64,000 nucleotides of DNA, taken from positions 1 to 64,000 of the IMG/VR virus record IMGVR_UViG_3300025764_000004; one strand, given 5' to 3'. A program made the position numbers and the translations under genes. Origin of the DNA: a virus. This document shows, in pieces, positions 55,208 through 64,000 of the stretch. The number at the start of each line of letters is the position of its first letter. Positions within the stretch are counted from its first letter, which is position 1. The notes beneath the pieces are model-generated. The model had not been told where the DNA came from, made no database searches, and was given only the letters and a program-made list of their open reading frames with translations.

Positions 55208-55579
55208 TTAAGCTTCTAAGGCAGCCTTTAATTCATTTGCAGCATCCTCTGTCAATGGAACTTCATTAATGACTTTCCCACTTAAATTAGCAACATTGAA
55301 CAGCCCTTTCCCGGCTTTCTTTAATTTATACAAAACTTCCGGTGTTTGTGTTTCTTTTTTTACCTGAGTTTGAATAGCCTCTAACTTAGAATCTTCCAAA
55401 CAAATCAACCGATCCCGAAATGATTTTGGAATTTCTTCTAAAGTGGCCCAAAAAGTTTGATTAGGTTTAATAATCTGATTCTTTAATCTTAAAGAACCTC
55501 CCCCTATTTTTTTCCAATGAAGTTGAACTGAGTCGACAATAACAGGTTCTGGATTTGGTGATTTTCTTATACGTTCCAT
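55208..55579 (-). CDS. Hypothetical protein downstream of the capsid gene
   Basis: ORF track. Confidence 0.7.
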   Translation of the reverse strand: MERIRKSPNPEPVIVDSVQLHWKKIGGGSLRLKNQIIKPNQTFWATLEEIPKSFRDRLICLEDSKLEAIQTQVKKETQTPEVLYKLKKAGKGLFNVANLSGKVINEVPLTEDAANELKAALEA

Positions 55580-55600
55580 AATAAAATTTATTTAAATAAT

Positions 55601-55620
55601 AAAAAAGACATGATTAGTCT
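55601..55620 (-). terminator. Short hairpin + U tract after the major capsid gene
   Basis: AGAC-TAATCAT-GTCT-TTTTT on the - strand. Confidence 0.5.
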
Positions 55621-55628
55621 TGATTCAA

Positions 55629-56714
55629 TTAAGTGGTGAATGTTGCATGAACAATCCCACTATTTCCTTCTTGGTCTGCCCGTATTTGCGGAACCTGAAT
55701 AGTCAACACTTTAAATTTGGTTACAAAGTTACCTTCTTCACCCCATTGAATGTTCTGGATACCCATACCACGTACAAGACGAACAACATCAGAAGTCATT
55801 TGTACTAAAAGTACGGTGTTGGCAGCAAGTGTGTCAACAACTTTGATACCTTTAATACCTGCAATCTGAAGAATACGTTCGCGAACGGTGCTATTTCCTT
55901 TTGCAGAGGAATAATCTGCATCAAGCAAAATCTCATAGGTAGACGGAATGTACATCATCCAAGGTCCGTAATGCTTTGCAGCAATACTGGTTTGTTTCAG
56001 TATCATCACATCAGTTACAATTTGGGCACCGGTTGTTCCTGAATTAGTCCATTCAGAATCCAATACAACCTGATTTCTGTCAGATGCATTGACATAAGAC
56101 TGAATAGTTCCTCCGCCAAAACTGTAAGAAGTATCTGTAAACAGAAGTTTCTCAAGTTTTTCAGCAACTCTACGAGCAGCACTTTCTGCATCAGTAGTAT
56201 CAATTGGGTTCCCCATATTACGACTGATTGCTAACTCACGTGCTCCGATTTCGTAATCCACATGGATAATCGGAATTGGTAAATAGTGATGAGTATAGTT
56301 CGGACGATCCCCAGGGCTACGAGTGATTCCGTCCATTGTCATAATTGCTTCCAGTCCATCAGAAATATCATGGTACTCCAACACCGTTGTTCCCATTGCA
56401 TTTCCAAGGTTATAGACCAACCCATTGTCGATCAAATCCTGAACACCGATTAATCGGGTACGGGAAATCGGAAGTATTGCAGCATCTAATGCCACCCACT
56501 CATTATGTCTTAATGAGGCATTGGCCACAAACGTGGTTTTATAATTTTCTGGCTTTTTTGCATCACCACCTAAAAAATTGGTAACACAAGCCTGACCATT
56601 GGTATTAATCCAAGGCCTCATTTGACCTGGATCCAACTTACTTTTGGCTAAAAAATTAGCAACTTCGCCACTTCCACCAGAAATTCCCATTAAATCAACA
56701 TTAGCTTCATTCAT
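55629..56714 (-). CDS. Major capsid protein (HK97 fold, linocin/encapsulin-like branch)
   Basis: PIPIIHVDY, AARRVAEKLE, YGPW; operon position; strong SD. Confidence 0.85.
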   Translation of the reverse strand: MNEANVDLMGISGGSGEVANFLAKSKLDPGQMRPWINTNGQACVTNFLGGDAKKPENYKTTFVANASLRHNEWVALDAAILPISRTRLIGVQDLIDNGLVYNLGNAMGTTVLEYHDISDGLEAIMTMDGITRSPGDRPNYTHHYLPIPIIHVDYEIGARELAISRNMGNPIDTTDAESAARRVAEKLEKLLFTDTSYSFGGGTIQSYVNASDRNQVVLDSEWTNSGTTGAQIVTDVMILKQTSIAAKHYGPWMMYIPSTYEILLDADYSSAKGNSTVRERILQIAGIKGIKVVDTLAANTVLLVQMTSDVVRLVRGMGIQNIQWGEEGNFVTKFKVLTIQVPQIRADQEGNSGIVHATFTT

Positions 56715-56741
56715 ATCATTTCCTCCTTTCGTTTCTTTAAA

Positions 56742-57221
56742 TTAAACAACCATAATTTTAATACGTCCATTAGGATCTGCTCCAGAAGAACCAGACATGT
56801 CCACATTTTCCAATGCAACACCTACAATCTGCAACGGAAGAACCGTTCCAGTGTTATGAGAAGTCCAAGCATCATTTGCATGTTTCTGTAGTTCTCCACC
56901 TCCAGCAGATTCCAAAAGATCACCTTTGGCAATATTTTGACCATTAGCCAAAATTGCATACACTTCTTCGCCAGGTGCAGTCATCCAAACCATAACCGGA
57001 TCAGTAGCCTCATAAGCATCAGCGATGCCTTTTCCTTGAAGGACATCTTCCAATGCAAACCATTTATAGGCGTTTCCGCCAGCAACGGAATGTTCTTGGA
57101 CTGTTCCAGCAGCAATCAACTCCACCAGTGATCCTGGTACAATTGCAGATGCAGCAACAAATTCATTAAATACGTTAAGGTAGTTTTTCAACTTAACGGT
57201 TCTTTTAATCTCGTTTGCCAT
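56742..57221 (-). CDS. Capsid decoration/cement protein
   Basis: GDLLESAGGGEL, VGVALE; between protease and MCP. Confidence 0.7.
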   Translation of the reverse strand: MANEIKRTVKLKNYLNVFNEFVAASAIVPGSLVELIAAGTVQEHSVAGGNAYKWFALEDVLQGKGIADAYEATDPVMVWMTAPGEEVYAILANGQNIAKGDLLESAGGGELQKHANDAWTSHNTGTVLPLQIVGVALENVDMSGSSGADPNGRIKIMVV

Positions 57222-57251
57222 AATTATATTTCTCCTTTCTAAATTATTTTA

Positions 57252-58658
57252 TTATTCTACTCCCGGAGGTAAAAGTTTTTCTTCTGTATCAGAACGATTT
57301 GTCTGAAAAGAACGGTTGTTACCGTTTAAAGAATAATCCACCTCTTCTGGTTTCTCAACAGACTTAAATACTCTTTCAAGCATTTCTTCGTCCATAGCAT
57401 TTAGAACCTCAATAGACCAGATGTCTTTTGTGTTCTTTTGAATTGCTCCAGCCATGTCAGCTTTTTTCTTTGCTAACATTTTTTTGCCGAAATCTAATGC
57501 GGCTTGATCTTCTGGTGTGAGTTTATTTACCTCAACCATTTTTTCAACTTCAACGGTTGTTGGAACCATTTTATCAAGAATTACTTCTGATAATGTTTCC
57601 AACATTTCCCGATCAGTTTCTGCATAGCCTGCTGCCGTATTGGCAATCAAAGCATCTACTTTCTTTTTTACGCACGGAGTGCATACATCGGCCATAATGT
57701 TTATTTTTAAATTGTTATTAATGTTATTTACAATCACATAATTGACTTGTCTTTCGACTTCAACGGGATCCCCTACTAATTCAGCTTCACCAGAAGTTAC
57801 ATTGAATTGATAGTTCTGTTTATAATACTTACAACCGTCTTTTGATTCATTTTCATAAATCAAATAATTGTCATAAGCTTCTACCAGATAATTGTAATCA
57901 TTACTGATAGCAATACCTCCAGACAAATCTGGATTCTTAGTTCTTACAAGATCACGAAGTTCATTTAATTTCTCTTCTAATCCTGTCTCGGAATTGTCTA
58001 CAATGGTCAGAACTGAGAATCCTAATTCTTTCAGATCCTGGATTTGTTTAACAATGTCCACGGTTTGTTCCCCTTCCTTTTCTTTATTAACACCTAGTCC
58101 ACAACCGTCCTCCAAAGAACAAGCTCCAATGGCTCCGGGCAGGAGCGCCAAATGATCTGGTCTATGGTTTCTAGCTATTGCACTATATTTTACATCTTCA
58201 TATACACCTGGAGTTTCTTCCTCCTCTGTGAATACACCGATACTGACTTCTACTGGTTTTCTGGCGTTTACGGCACTTAAAACATCTGCGGATACTTTGC
58301 CCAGCTTTTCCTCTTCAAGCCAGACTTCAGCCATTAAACGCTTTGAATTAATGTGACTGTTATATACACGTCCTACTGTTATTGCATCAATCACTTCAGG
58401 ACTGTTTGCTGATATGGATAATCCATCTTTTGCTGGATGATTAATAACAACTGGTATCCCATTCCAGCTTTCAGGAAATTTACCAAACTCTTCAGCTAAA
58501 TGTAAAAGAGGTCCGTGGCTGCCATTTAATACACCTTCCACAATCATGACAACAGGTACAACTAAATGTTTTTTATCCTGATGAGTTTTAATCTGAACCT
58601 CATATTCAGTAATTTTTTGATTACTTTGTATTTCAAGATATTTTTTCCTTGTTTTCAT
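57252..58658 (-). CDS. Prohead protease/scaffold (DUF2213-like)
   Basis: PVVINHP, EVSIG, PDHLALLP, GACS. Confidence 0.8.
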   Translation of the reverse strand: MKTRKKYLEIQSNQKITEYEVQIKTHQDKKHLVVPVVMIVEGVLNGSHGPLLHLAEEFGKFPESWNGIPVVINHPAKDGLSISANSPEVIDAITVGRVYNSHINSKRLMAEVWLEEEKLGKVSADVLSAVNARKPVEVSIGVFTEEEETPGVYEDVKYSAIARNHRPDHLALLPGAIGACSLEDGCGLGVNKEKEGEQTVDIVKQIQDLKELGFSVLTIVDNSETGLEEKLNELRDLVRTKNPDLSGGIAISNDYNYLVEAYDNYLIYENESKDGCKYYKQNYQFNVTSGEAELVGDPVEVERQVNYVIVNNINNNLKINIMADVCTPCVKKKVDALIANTAAGYAETDREMLETLSEVILDKMVPTTVEVEKMVEVNKLTPEDQAALDFGKKMLAKKKADMAGAIQKNTKDIWSIEVLNAMDEEMLERVFKSVEKPEEVDYSLNGNNRSFQTNRSDTEEKLLPPGVE

Positions 58659-58661
58659 AAT

Positions 58662-59633
58662 CTATCTTTTTATTAATTTATCTACACCTACTTCAAATGG
58701 TAGAGCAATACATCTACATTGTGGATGTACAGGTATCAGATTTTCTGCCTCATCCAATGTATAAGGACTATTCCCTGCAATCCCGTCACAAACACCGCAA
58801 ACTCTATCGTCACCAGCTGTCACAACTTCTGCCTGTATAACAACACCTTCTAAAGCCCAATTCCTATATTCTTGAATCATTCCTTGGTGATGTGCTCTGA
58901 TGATTTCAGTACGAGCTAAAATTTCTGCTCGACGCATTGCTGGAATGAAACGGCCGAGTGTATCTTTTATTCCTAAATCACCTAACCCCGTTCCATTAAT
59001 TGCACTTACCATTTTCTTAGCAAGTAAAATAGGACCATCACCGTCAGCCATCCCTTGAGCAAGAATTCTGCTAATCTGAGCATCCATTGCCGTCGTTATT
59101 CCTTTTAAATCAGAATAAACTCTTGTATAAAGTAATCCCACACGGTCCATATGAAGAGGGACAAACATTGACATTCCGATACCTCCTGTAGCATCTATGC
59201 TCGGGACATTGTAGCCCGCTTTTTGAAGTTCGTATCGTGCCCGAATGACACCCCTCTTATATGAATCTGTGATATACATATTAGTCCAAGCAGACTCAAT
59301 AGCCGAGCCGAACTGATTGTATTCTTTTACCGTTAAAATTCCTTCATCTACCTGTGTTCTCAACCATTGCATAAAAGCATCCACTTTTTCTGCACTTCTT
59401 GGAAATGCAAATACAGCACGACTGACAGTATTGCTTGCAAAAGTATTTATACTTGCAAATGTCTTTATTTCTGAACCAAAACAATCTTCTGTAACAACTT
59501 TTTGATAAATTGCATGACACAAATTCACAAAACGGCTTCTTAGATCTTTCACAAACTGATTTCTTAAAGAAGTAGTTCTAGTCGGATCGTATGCCGAATA
59601 AACAGAAAAATTATATGTATTTGTTTCGTTCAT
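58662..59633 (-). CDS. Minor head morphogenesis protein (SPP1 gp7/Mu F-like)
   Basis: RAEILARTE, DDRVCGVC, PVHPQCRC. Confidence 0.88.
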   Translation of the reverse strand: MNETNTYNFSVYSAYDPTRTTSLRNQFVKDLRSRFVNLCHAIYQKVVTEDCFGSEIKTFASINTFASNTVSRAVFAFPRSAEKVDAFMQWLRTQVDEGILTVKEYNQFGSAIESAWTNMYITDSYKRGVIRARYELQKAGYNVPSIDATGGIGMSMFVPLHMDRVGLLYTRVYSDLKGITTAMDAQISRILAQGMADGDGPILLAKKMVSAINGTGLGDLGIKDTLGRFIPAMRRAEILARTEIIRAHHQGMIQEYRNWALEGVVIQAEVVTAGDDRVCGVCDGIAGNSPYTLDEAENLIPVHPQCRCIALPFEVGVDKLIKR

Positions 59634-61162
59634 TATTTTGCAATTGGCTTTCTTGTTCTGGTTACTGGCTGAACACCTATAGGCTGTACTTTTGGTTGTG
59701 TTTTAGCTTTAAGGTCCGCTGCGGCTGATTTCTCTGTTGGAAACAGCCCGATTAATTGTTGTTCTTTTAATATCTCAGAATTTGCAGCTTTTTTGATTAT
59801 TGCAATTTGATTATCGTCAAAACCCATACAATATTGTAAAAATCCTTCAGGGGACACAACTGCTTCAGCCATTGGTGAAGATGTATAGTTCTTCAATGCC
59901 GTTGAACGATCTAATCCAATTTTAACCGACTCCGCTTCTGACATTGCATACAAATCAGACCAGGAGACTTTATAGGAATCACCAATTAATGCTGGCAATA
60001 TACCTAATTCAATACAACGATCAACAAACGGTCTAACAATATGTGGTTCTGCATGATCCAATCTTCTTCCTCCTACATAAGATCTCCATTCTGAAGCATC
60101 CTGATTTGAACTCAATTCTCCTCGTTCAGTTCCTGTTAAAATACGTTTTGGAATGCCTGTGACTGTTGATATCATTTGTATTTGAATATCAACATGTTGT
60201 GTAGGATCTGCAATTTGTTGAGCTAAGGCTTCATAACTGACACCTTCGTTTACTAACATTCTCCGAAGATTATGCTCATATTCGTCTATCTGCTCTTTTA
60301 AATCAGATTTCATTTGATCCGTAAGCTGATATTCTTTATCAACTTTACCTTGGAATCCAGGACGGGCACCTCTCCAAAACATCTCAGCATCACCGCCAAC
60401 AATCTTCTCTAAATCCATCAAACGGTTAAATACAACCTCAAGTTTCGGGGAACCTACCACTTCATTTTCTAAAACATCATCAATAATGTGAATTACTCGT
60501 GTATAATGAACAAATGCCTTTTCTTGTGTTGGTTGGGAGTTCATAGAACTACCAGTTGTTCCACTTTTTGTATCTGTTACTGCAATTTGGTAAATAAGAG
60601 GAAGCCCGTATCTCGGGTTCTTCGTGTTCATTTCATATTCAACAATACTGCAAGAAGCCTCCCCATAAGGTTTGACATATAATAACTTTCTCTTTCCTAC
60701 TGCCACAGGGTTCTTAAAATCTTCAGCTTTTTTAGTGTCGTCTAATCCTAGCAATAAAATACCAAACCCACCAATTCCTGAAAGACGATCTACACGTTGA
60801 AAACGTGTTTTCAATCCTAATCTATTATCAAGTTCTTTCCAAGACTTTTCTAAAGCTGTTTCTTCAGCCTCACCACTTTCCTCAAGTAATAAAGGTCCTT
60901 GCCATGTAGCTTTTGCAGGACGGTCGATTATTGCTTTGGCTATATCTTGACGAAAATAACGATCCTCATAATCTTTATATAAAAGGTTTGTTTTATAACC
61001 TAGAGCTTGATAAATATCTCGATTACCTCCATAGGATTGAGATCCCATGCCTGCAGCCAATTGAGCTCGTGCAACGATGGCAGAACTTAATGTTCTGACT
61101 TGCCGATCTACTAACGATTTTTCATTAGTTGTTAAACGTCTTACTGGAATATTTTGTTCCAT
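59633..61162 (-). CDS. Portal protein (DUF1073-like)
   Basis: AIIDRPAKATW, PRYGLP, HYTRVIH, IPKRILTG. Confidence 0.85.
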   Translation of the reverse strand: MEQNIPVRRLTTNEKSLVDRQVRTLSSAIVARAQLAAGMGSQSYGGNRDIYQALGYKTNLLYKDYEDRYFRQDIAKAIIDRPAKATWQGPLLLEESGEAEETALEKSWKELDNRLGLKTRFQRVDRLSGIGGFGILLLGLDDTKKAEDFKNPVAVGKRKLLYVKPYGEASCSIVEYEMNTKNPRYGLPLIYQIAVTDTKSGTTGSSMNSQPTQEKAFVHYTRVIHIIDDVLENEVVGSPKLEVVFNRLMDLEKIVGGDAEMFWRGARPGFQGKVDKEYQLTDQMKSDLKEQIDEYEHNLRRMLVNEGVSYEALAQQIADPTQHVDIQIQMISTVTGIPKRILTGTERGELSSNQDASEWRSYVGGRRLDHAEPHIVRPFVDRCIELGILPALIGDSYKVSWSDLYAMSEAESVKIGLDRSTALKNYTSSPMAEAVVSPEGFLQYCMGFDDNQIAIIKKAANSEILKEQQLIGLFPTEKSAAADLKAKTQPKVQPIGVQPVTRTRKPIAK

Positions 61163-61199
61163 ATCTTAATCTTTAACAATTTTTCTAATTCTATGACCA

Positions 61200-62828
61200 C
61201 TAAAATCCATAAGGAACCTCATCTTTTCCCCAGCATTTCCCTCCACCTGCTGATATTCCTTTTTTAATATAAGTTCCATATTCATAGGTTCCTATATCAG
61301 AAACACCAACCAAATGATACCCTCGATAATCAGTAGTCAAACCAACATTTACACCTGCATTAATACAGGGTGATCCTGATTGTAAATGAAAATCAGATGT
61401 AGATACAAATAAAGGATCAGTCGTAATATTATTTTGATTAGTAACATTAGTTGGCGTAATGGTTGTAAAATTAGGTGTATCCCCGTATCCATTATAATCA
61501 TATCCATTACCATAAAAATCATTGTTCTCTATTGAAACTATATCTATTGTTGATCCTGCTTTTGCTAATTCTGATTGAATAGAAGCTCTGGGAAAACCAT
61601 AAATAATATTATTCTTTATCGAAAAGTTAGTTGTAGTCCCACAACCAGGTATTACTATACCGTCTCTGTTACTTGTTGCTGTAGATGAATAATAAAGCGT
61701 ATTGTTCCAAATATTCCAATTGCTGTATATTCCGCTATTGTCTGCTGATCCAAAATGAGTAAATCTAATTCCTTTAAGGATATTATTATAAATATTAATA
61801 TTATTAAACACCTTTCCACCTGCGTGTGCATAGGTATAAATTGCGAATACATTTTGGAAATAATTATTTCTAATGACAACATCATAGCAACCTGCTTCTA
61901 ATGCAATGCCATTTTCAAAATACGCCTGTTCTGTCACAGGGCCAATATTGTTATTATGGAAATCTACGCTGTAAGCGTAAGTACCCTTTGAAAGTATGTT
62001 TAAATCAGTGTTACCAATTATTGTATTGTTAAACATTTCAAGTCCCTGCACATTCCATAATTCCACTGCAAAATCGTATGTTACATTATCATAAGGTTCT
62101 TTTGTGATTGTATTGTTGTAAATTTTACATCCTTTTAAGTAACCATTCGACCAGTATTTTATAACGTATCCATTAGTCCCCGTCGTCCTTCCAACTTGAC
62201 CCATTATATTATCGTGAATAAGCATACTGTCCTGACCGCCTATTTGTAGTTCACCACGGCCATAAGTAGCATACTTGGAGCAATTAGTTACCGTATTATT
62301 ATAAAATTCATTACCCGTAGCATAGATTGTAGGTGCCGCATTGGTTTCATCAATCCTCCCATTAAATGTCACACCCCAATCTGAAAAATCAATAAATGTA
62401 CAACCATGAATTTTGACATTGCTTCTTGCAACTATATATATACAATTAAGTCCAGTCAAATTATCGCCGTCAAACTTAAGATTTGAAATAGTTTGATTGC
62501 CATTCGTACCCTCAGATCCGGAAGTTAAACTTAATAGTGGGGCAGCTGCGTAACCTGCTTTAATAATTGTAGTTATTCCTGCACCAATAATACTGACGCC
62601 CGCAGCAAGATTACTCACGGCTGTCTCCGTAAGTGTTCCCGCACCAACATTAATAGTATGACTTCCCGATGGAACCTGTGAACAGGCATAAGCCAGAGTT
62701 AACCATGATCCTCCTGACGTGTTGGCAAGTCCATTATGTGCATTACTCCCATCTGTGCGAACATAGTAATTTGTAGCACTTGCAATAAGCGAAACAAATA
62801 AGAATAGAATTGTAAGTAATTTTTTCAT
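61200..62828 (-). CDS. Signal-peptide-bearing right-handed beta-helix (pectin-lyase-like) protein
   Basis: MKKLLTILFLFVSLIASA; Asn-ladder repeats; DPLF...DFHLQSGSPCINAG...DIGTYE. Confidence 0.8.
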   Translation of the reverse strand: MKKLLTILFLFVSLIASATNYYVRTDGSNAHNGLANTSGGSWLTLAYACSQVPSGSHTINVGAGTLTETAVSNLAAGVSIIGAGITTIIKAGYAAAPLLSLTSGSEGTNGNQTISNLKFDGDNLTGLNCIYIVARSNVKIHGCTFIDFSDWGVTFNGRIDETNAAPTIYATGNEFYNNTVTNCSKYATYGRGELQIGGQDSMLIHDNIMGQVGRTTGTNGYVIKYWSNGYLKGCKIYNNTITKEPYDNVTYDFAVELWNVQGLEMFNNTIIGNTDLNILSKGTYAYSVDFHNNNIGPVTEQAYFENGIALEAGCYDVVIRNNYFQNVFAIYTYAHAGGKVFNNINIYNNILKGIRFTHFGSADNSGIYSNWNIWNNTLYYSSTATSNRDGIVIPGCGTTTNFSIKNNIIYGFPRASIQSELAKAGSTIDIVSIENNDFYGNGYDYNGYGDTPNFTTITPTNVTNQNNITTDPLFVSTSDFHLQSGSPCINAGVNVGLTTDYRGYHLVGVSDIGTYEYGTYIKKGISAGGGKCWGKDEVPYGF

Positions 62829-62829
62829 A

Positions 62830-63402
62830 TTAATAGATATTAGAACCTTTTGGATTAACTACAAACATATTACCAGCTGATGTTGCAATTTTTAAATATA
62901 ATGTTGCCGATGACGTTGTGGTAAATGCAGAAATAACTGTCCATACGCCTGCTCTATAATACTCCCCTGTAATTGTGGTTCCAGTTCTTTTTAATCTCAT
63001 TTTATCTCCTACCTGTGCTGTAATTCCACTCCACTCATAAGCACCAATATTTGTACCGGTATAAGTACCATAAATATACATAGTGTACTGCCAATCACGG
63101 CCATTGAGTGTGTTGTTAAGGGATAATCCAATTACAGAATATAGGTTAGCGATAGATGATACTTCTGCTTCAATCCACCCATCCCCAGATAGCGATTTTG
63201 TTGCAACTGCGTATCCACCATACGCTGCTGATCCCCATGTTCCTGTTGGGCTTTCAATAACCCCATAAGAAACATTTGTAAAATTCAATGCCTCTAAGAC
63301 AGGTGTAGATACAGTTGCATTTTTAGCAAGCATTCGCATTGGTGTTTGTCCCTGTGAGACAAACCCAGCAAACAATAATATGATTAGAAAGTATTTGCGC
63401 AT
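62830..63402 (-). CDS. Signal-peptide-bearing beta-sandwich protein
   Basis: MRKYFLIILLFAGFVSQG|Q. Confidence 0.65.
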   Translation of the reverse strand: MRKYFLIILLFAGFVSQGQTPMRMLAKNATVSTPVLEALNFTNVSYGVIESPTGTWGSAAYGGYAVATKSLSGDGWIEAEVSSIANLYSVIGLSLNNTLNGRDWQYTMYIYGTYTGTNIGAYEWSGITAQVGDKMRLKRTGTTITGEYYRAGVWTVISAFTTTSSATLYLKIATSAGNMFVVNPKGSNIY

Positions 63403-64000
63403 ATCCATTTATTATTACCGTAAGACGAAGTTGTAGAGTATTGAAATACAACACTTAATGTTGCCGTTGTGACCGTAGTTGTAGGTAAAGCAACAGTACT
63501 CGCCACAAAAGATGTTCCCCATGTAATTGCTCTTGCTGCCGTCCCGGTTATCTCTATCTTAATAATATCTCCATCGACAGGAGTTCCAGTTAAGTTGGTC
63601 GTAAAACTTGAAATGCCCCCTGCCTGAGCAGTCAATTTATAAATATCGTAGTTGTCTGTATTGATAGTAGGAGTTGCAGATGTTGTTGTATTTCCAACCC
63701 TTGCAGTCCATCGTTTGTTTGTGAAAGTTGTTGTGGCTGTTGGTAAGCCAATTGCCGCAAACGTTGCGTTTTCCTGGGCTTTTGTACGTCGTGCCAATAA
63801 ACTATCCGGTAATGCAGTAATTGTTGATTGTGCCTGATTGTGAGCCGAAGGCGTCCTTGCATCAGACAATCTTGAATCATTACCTTGTGTAAATGTATTT
63901 GCACCTGCTCCAAATGCTCCGGCTGCTAGTACTCCTCCGGTAGTTGTAATCAACGGTAGATTAGCAGTTGTTCCTATTGCCGGGGGTACAAGATCGGCTG
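63384..64000 (-). CDS. Tail-fibre-like protein, 5'-truncated by the window edge
   Basis: Frame open to the edge; GNDSRLSDARTP motif; Thr-rich RAITWG C-domain. Confidence 0.7.
   Translation of the reverse strand, partial: ADLVPPAIGTTANLPLITTTGGVLAAGAFGAGANTFTQGNDSRLSDARTPSAHNQAQSTITALPDSLLARRTKAQENATFAAIGLPTATTTFTNKRWTARVGNTTTSATPTINTDNYDIYKLTAQAGGISSFTTNLTGTPVDGDIIKIEITGTAARAITWGTSFVASTVALPTTTVTTATLSVVFQYSTTSSYGNNKWICANTF

Noticed and set aside
55629-56714. Encapsulin/linocin bacteriocin
   Set aside because: Its position after portal, protease and decoration genes identifies it as the phage major capsid protein.
59633-61162. Anti-CBASS Acb1 label often attached to DUF1073 proteins
   Set aside because: Size and position fit a portal; no separate HxT/HxT phosphoesterase domain is seen.
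1-64000. Alternative genetic code or stop-codon reassignment explaining the split genes
   Set aside because: Long genes are intact in code 11, and the splits involve frame changes or intervening ORFs rather than single in-frame stops.

Overview
The window is most of a lytic-looking, AT-rich tailed phage (siphovirus-type) genome, probably infecting Bacteroidota. Host evidence: a TTTG-N20-TAnnTTTG promoter, early genes without Shine-Dalgarno sites, Gln+1 signal peptides, and a Bacteroidota-style tmRNA. The + strand (1-36.8 kb) carries small early genes, a SNF2/HARP helicase, a sigma factor, primase/initiator/helicase, an RNA island, a 7-deazaguanine DNA-modification cluster, and a replication/recombination module (beta clamp, split PolA, clamp loader, SSB, RecA, RuvC, split SbcCD). 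The - strand (36.9-64 kb) carries lysis, tail, head-tail, a glycan-synthesis cluster, capsid and portal genes. No terminase, integrase or CRISPR array is visible. Most notable: (1) a circularly permuted two-piece tmRNA gene with tag GNDYQMKMAA, preceded by a tRNA-like RNA; (2) a QueC-less deazaguanine pathway (folE, queD, queE, dpdL-like, dpdA-like) extended by a radical SAM enzyme and a glycosyltransferase, matched by strand-specific avoidance of GA/GG in the first ~1.25 kb, which may reveal the modification target; (3) a tail gene interrupted by a circularly permuted FN3-DUF1566 cassette; (4) a fucosyl/methyl/sulfo/glycosyl-transferase cluster inside the capsid operon. All family assignments come from motif recognition by eye, not database searches.
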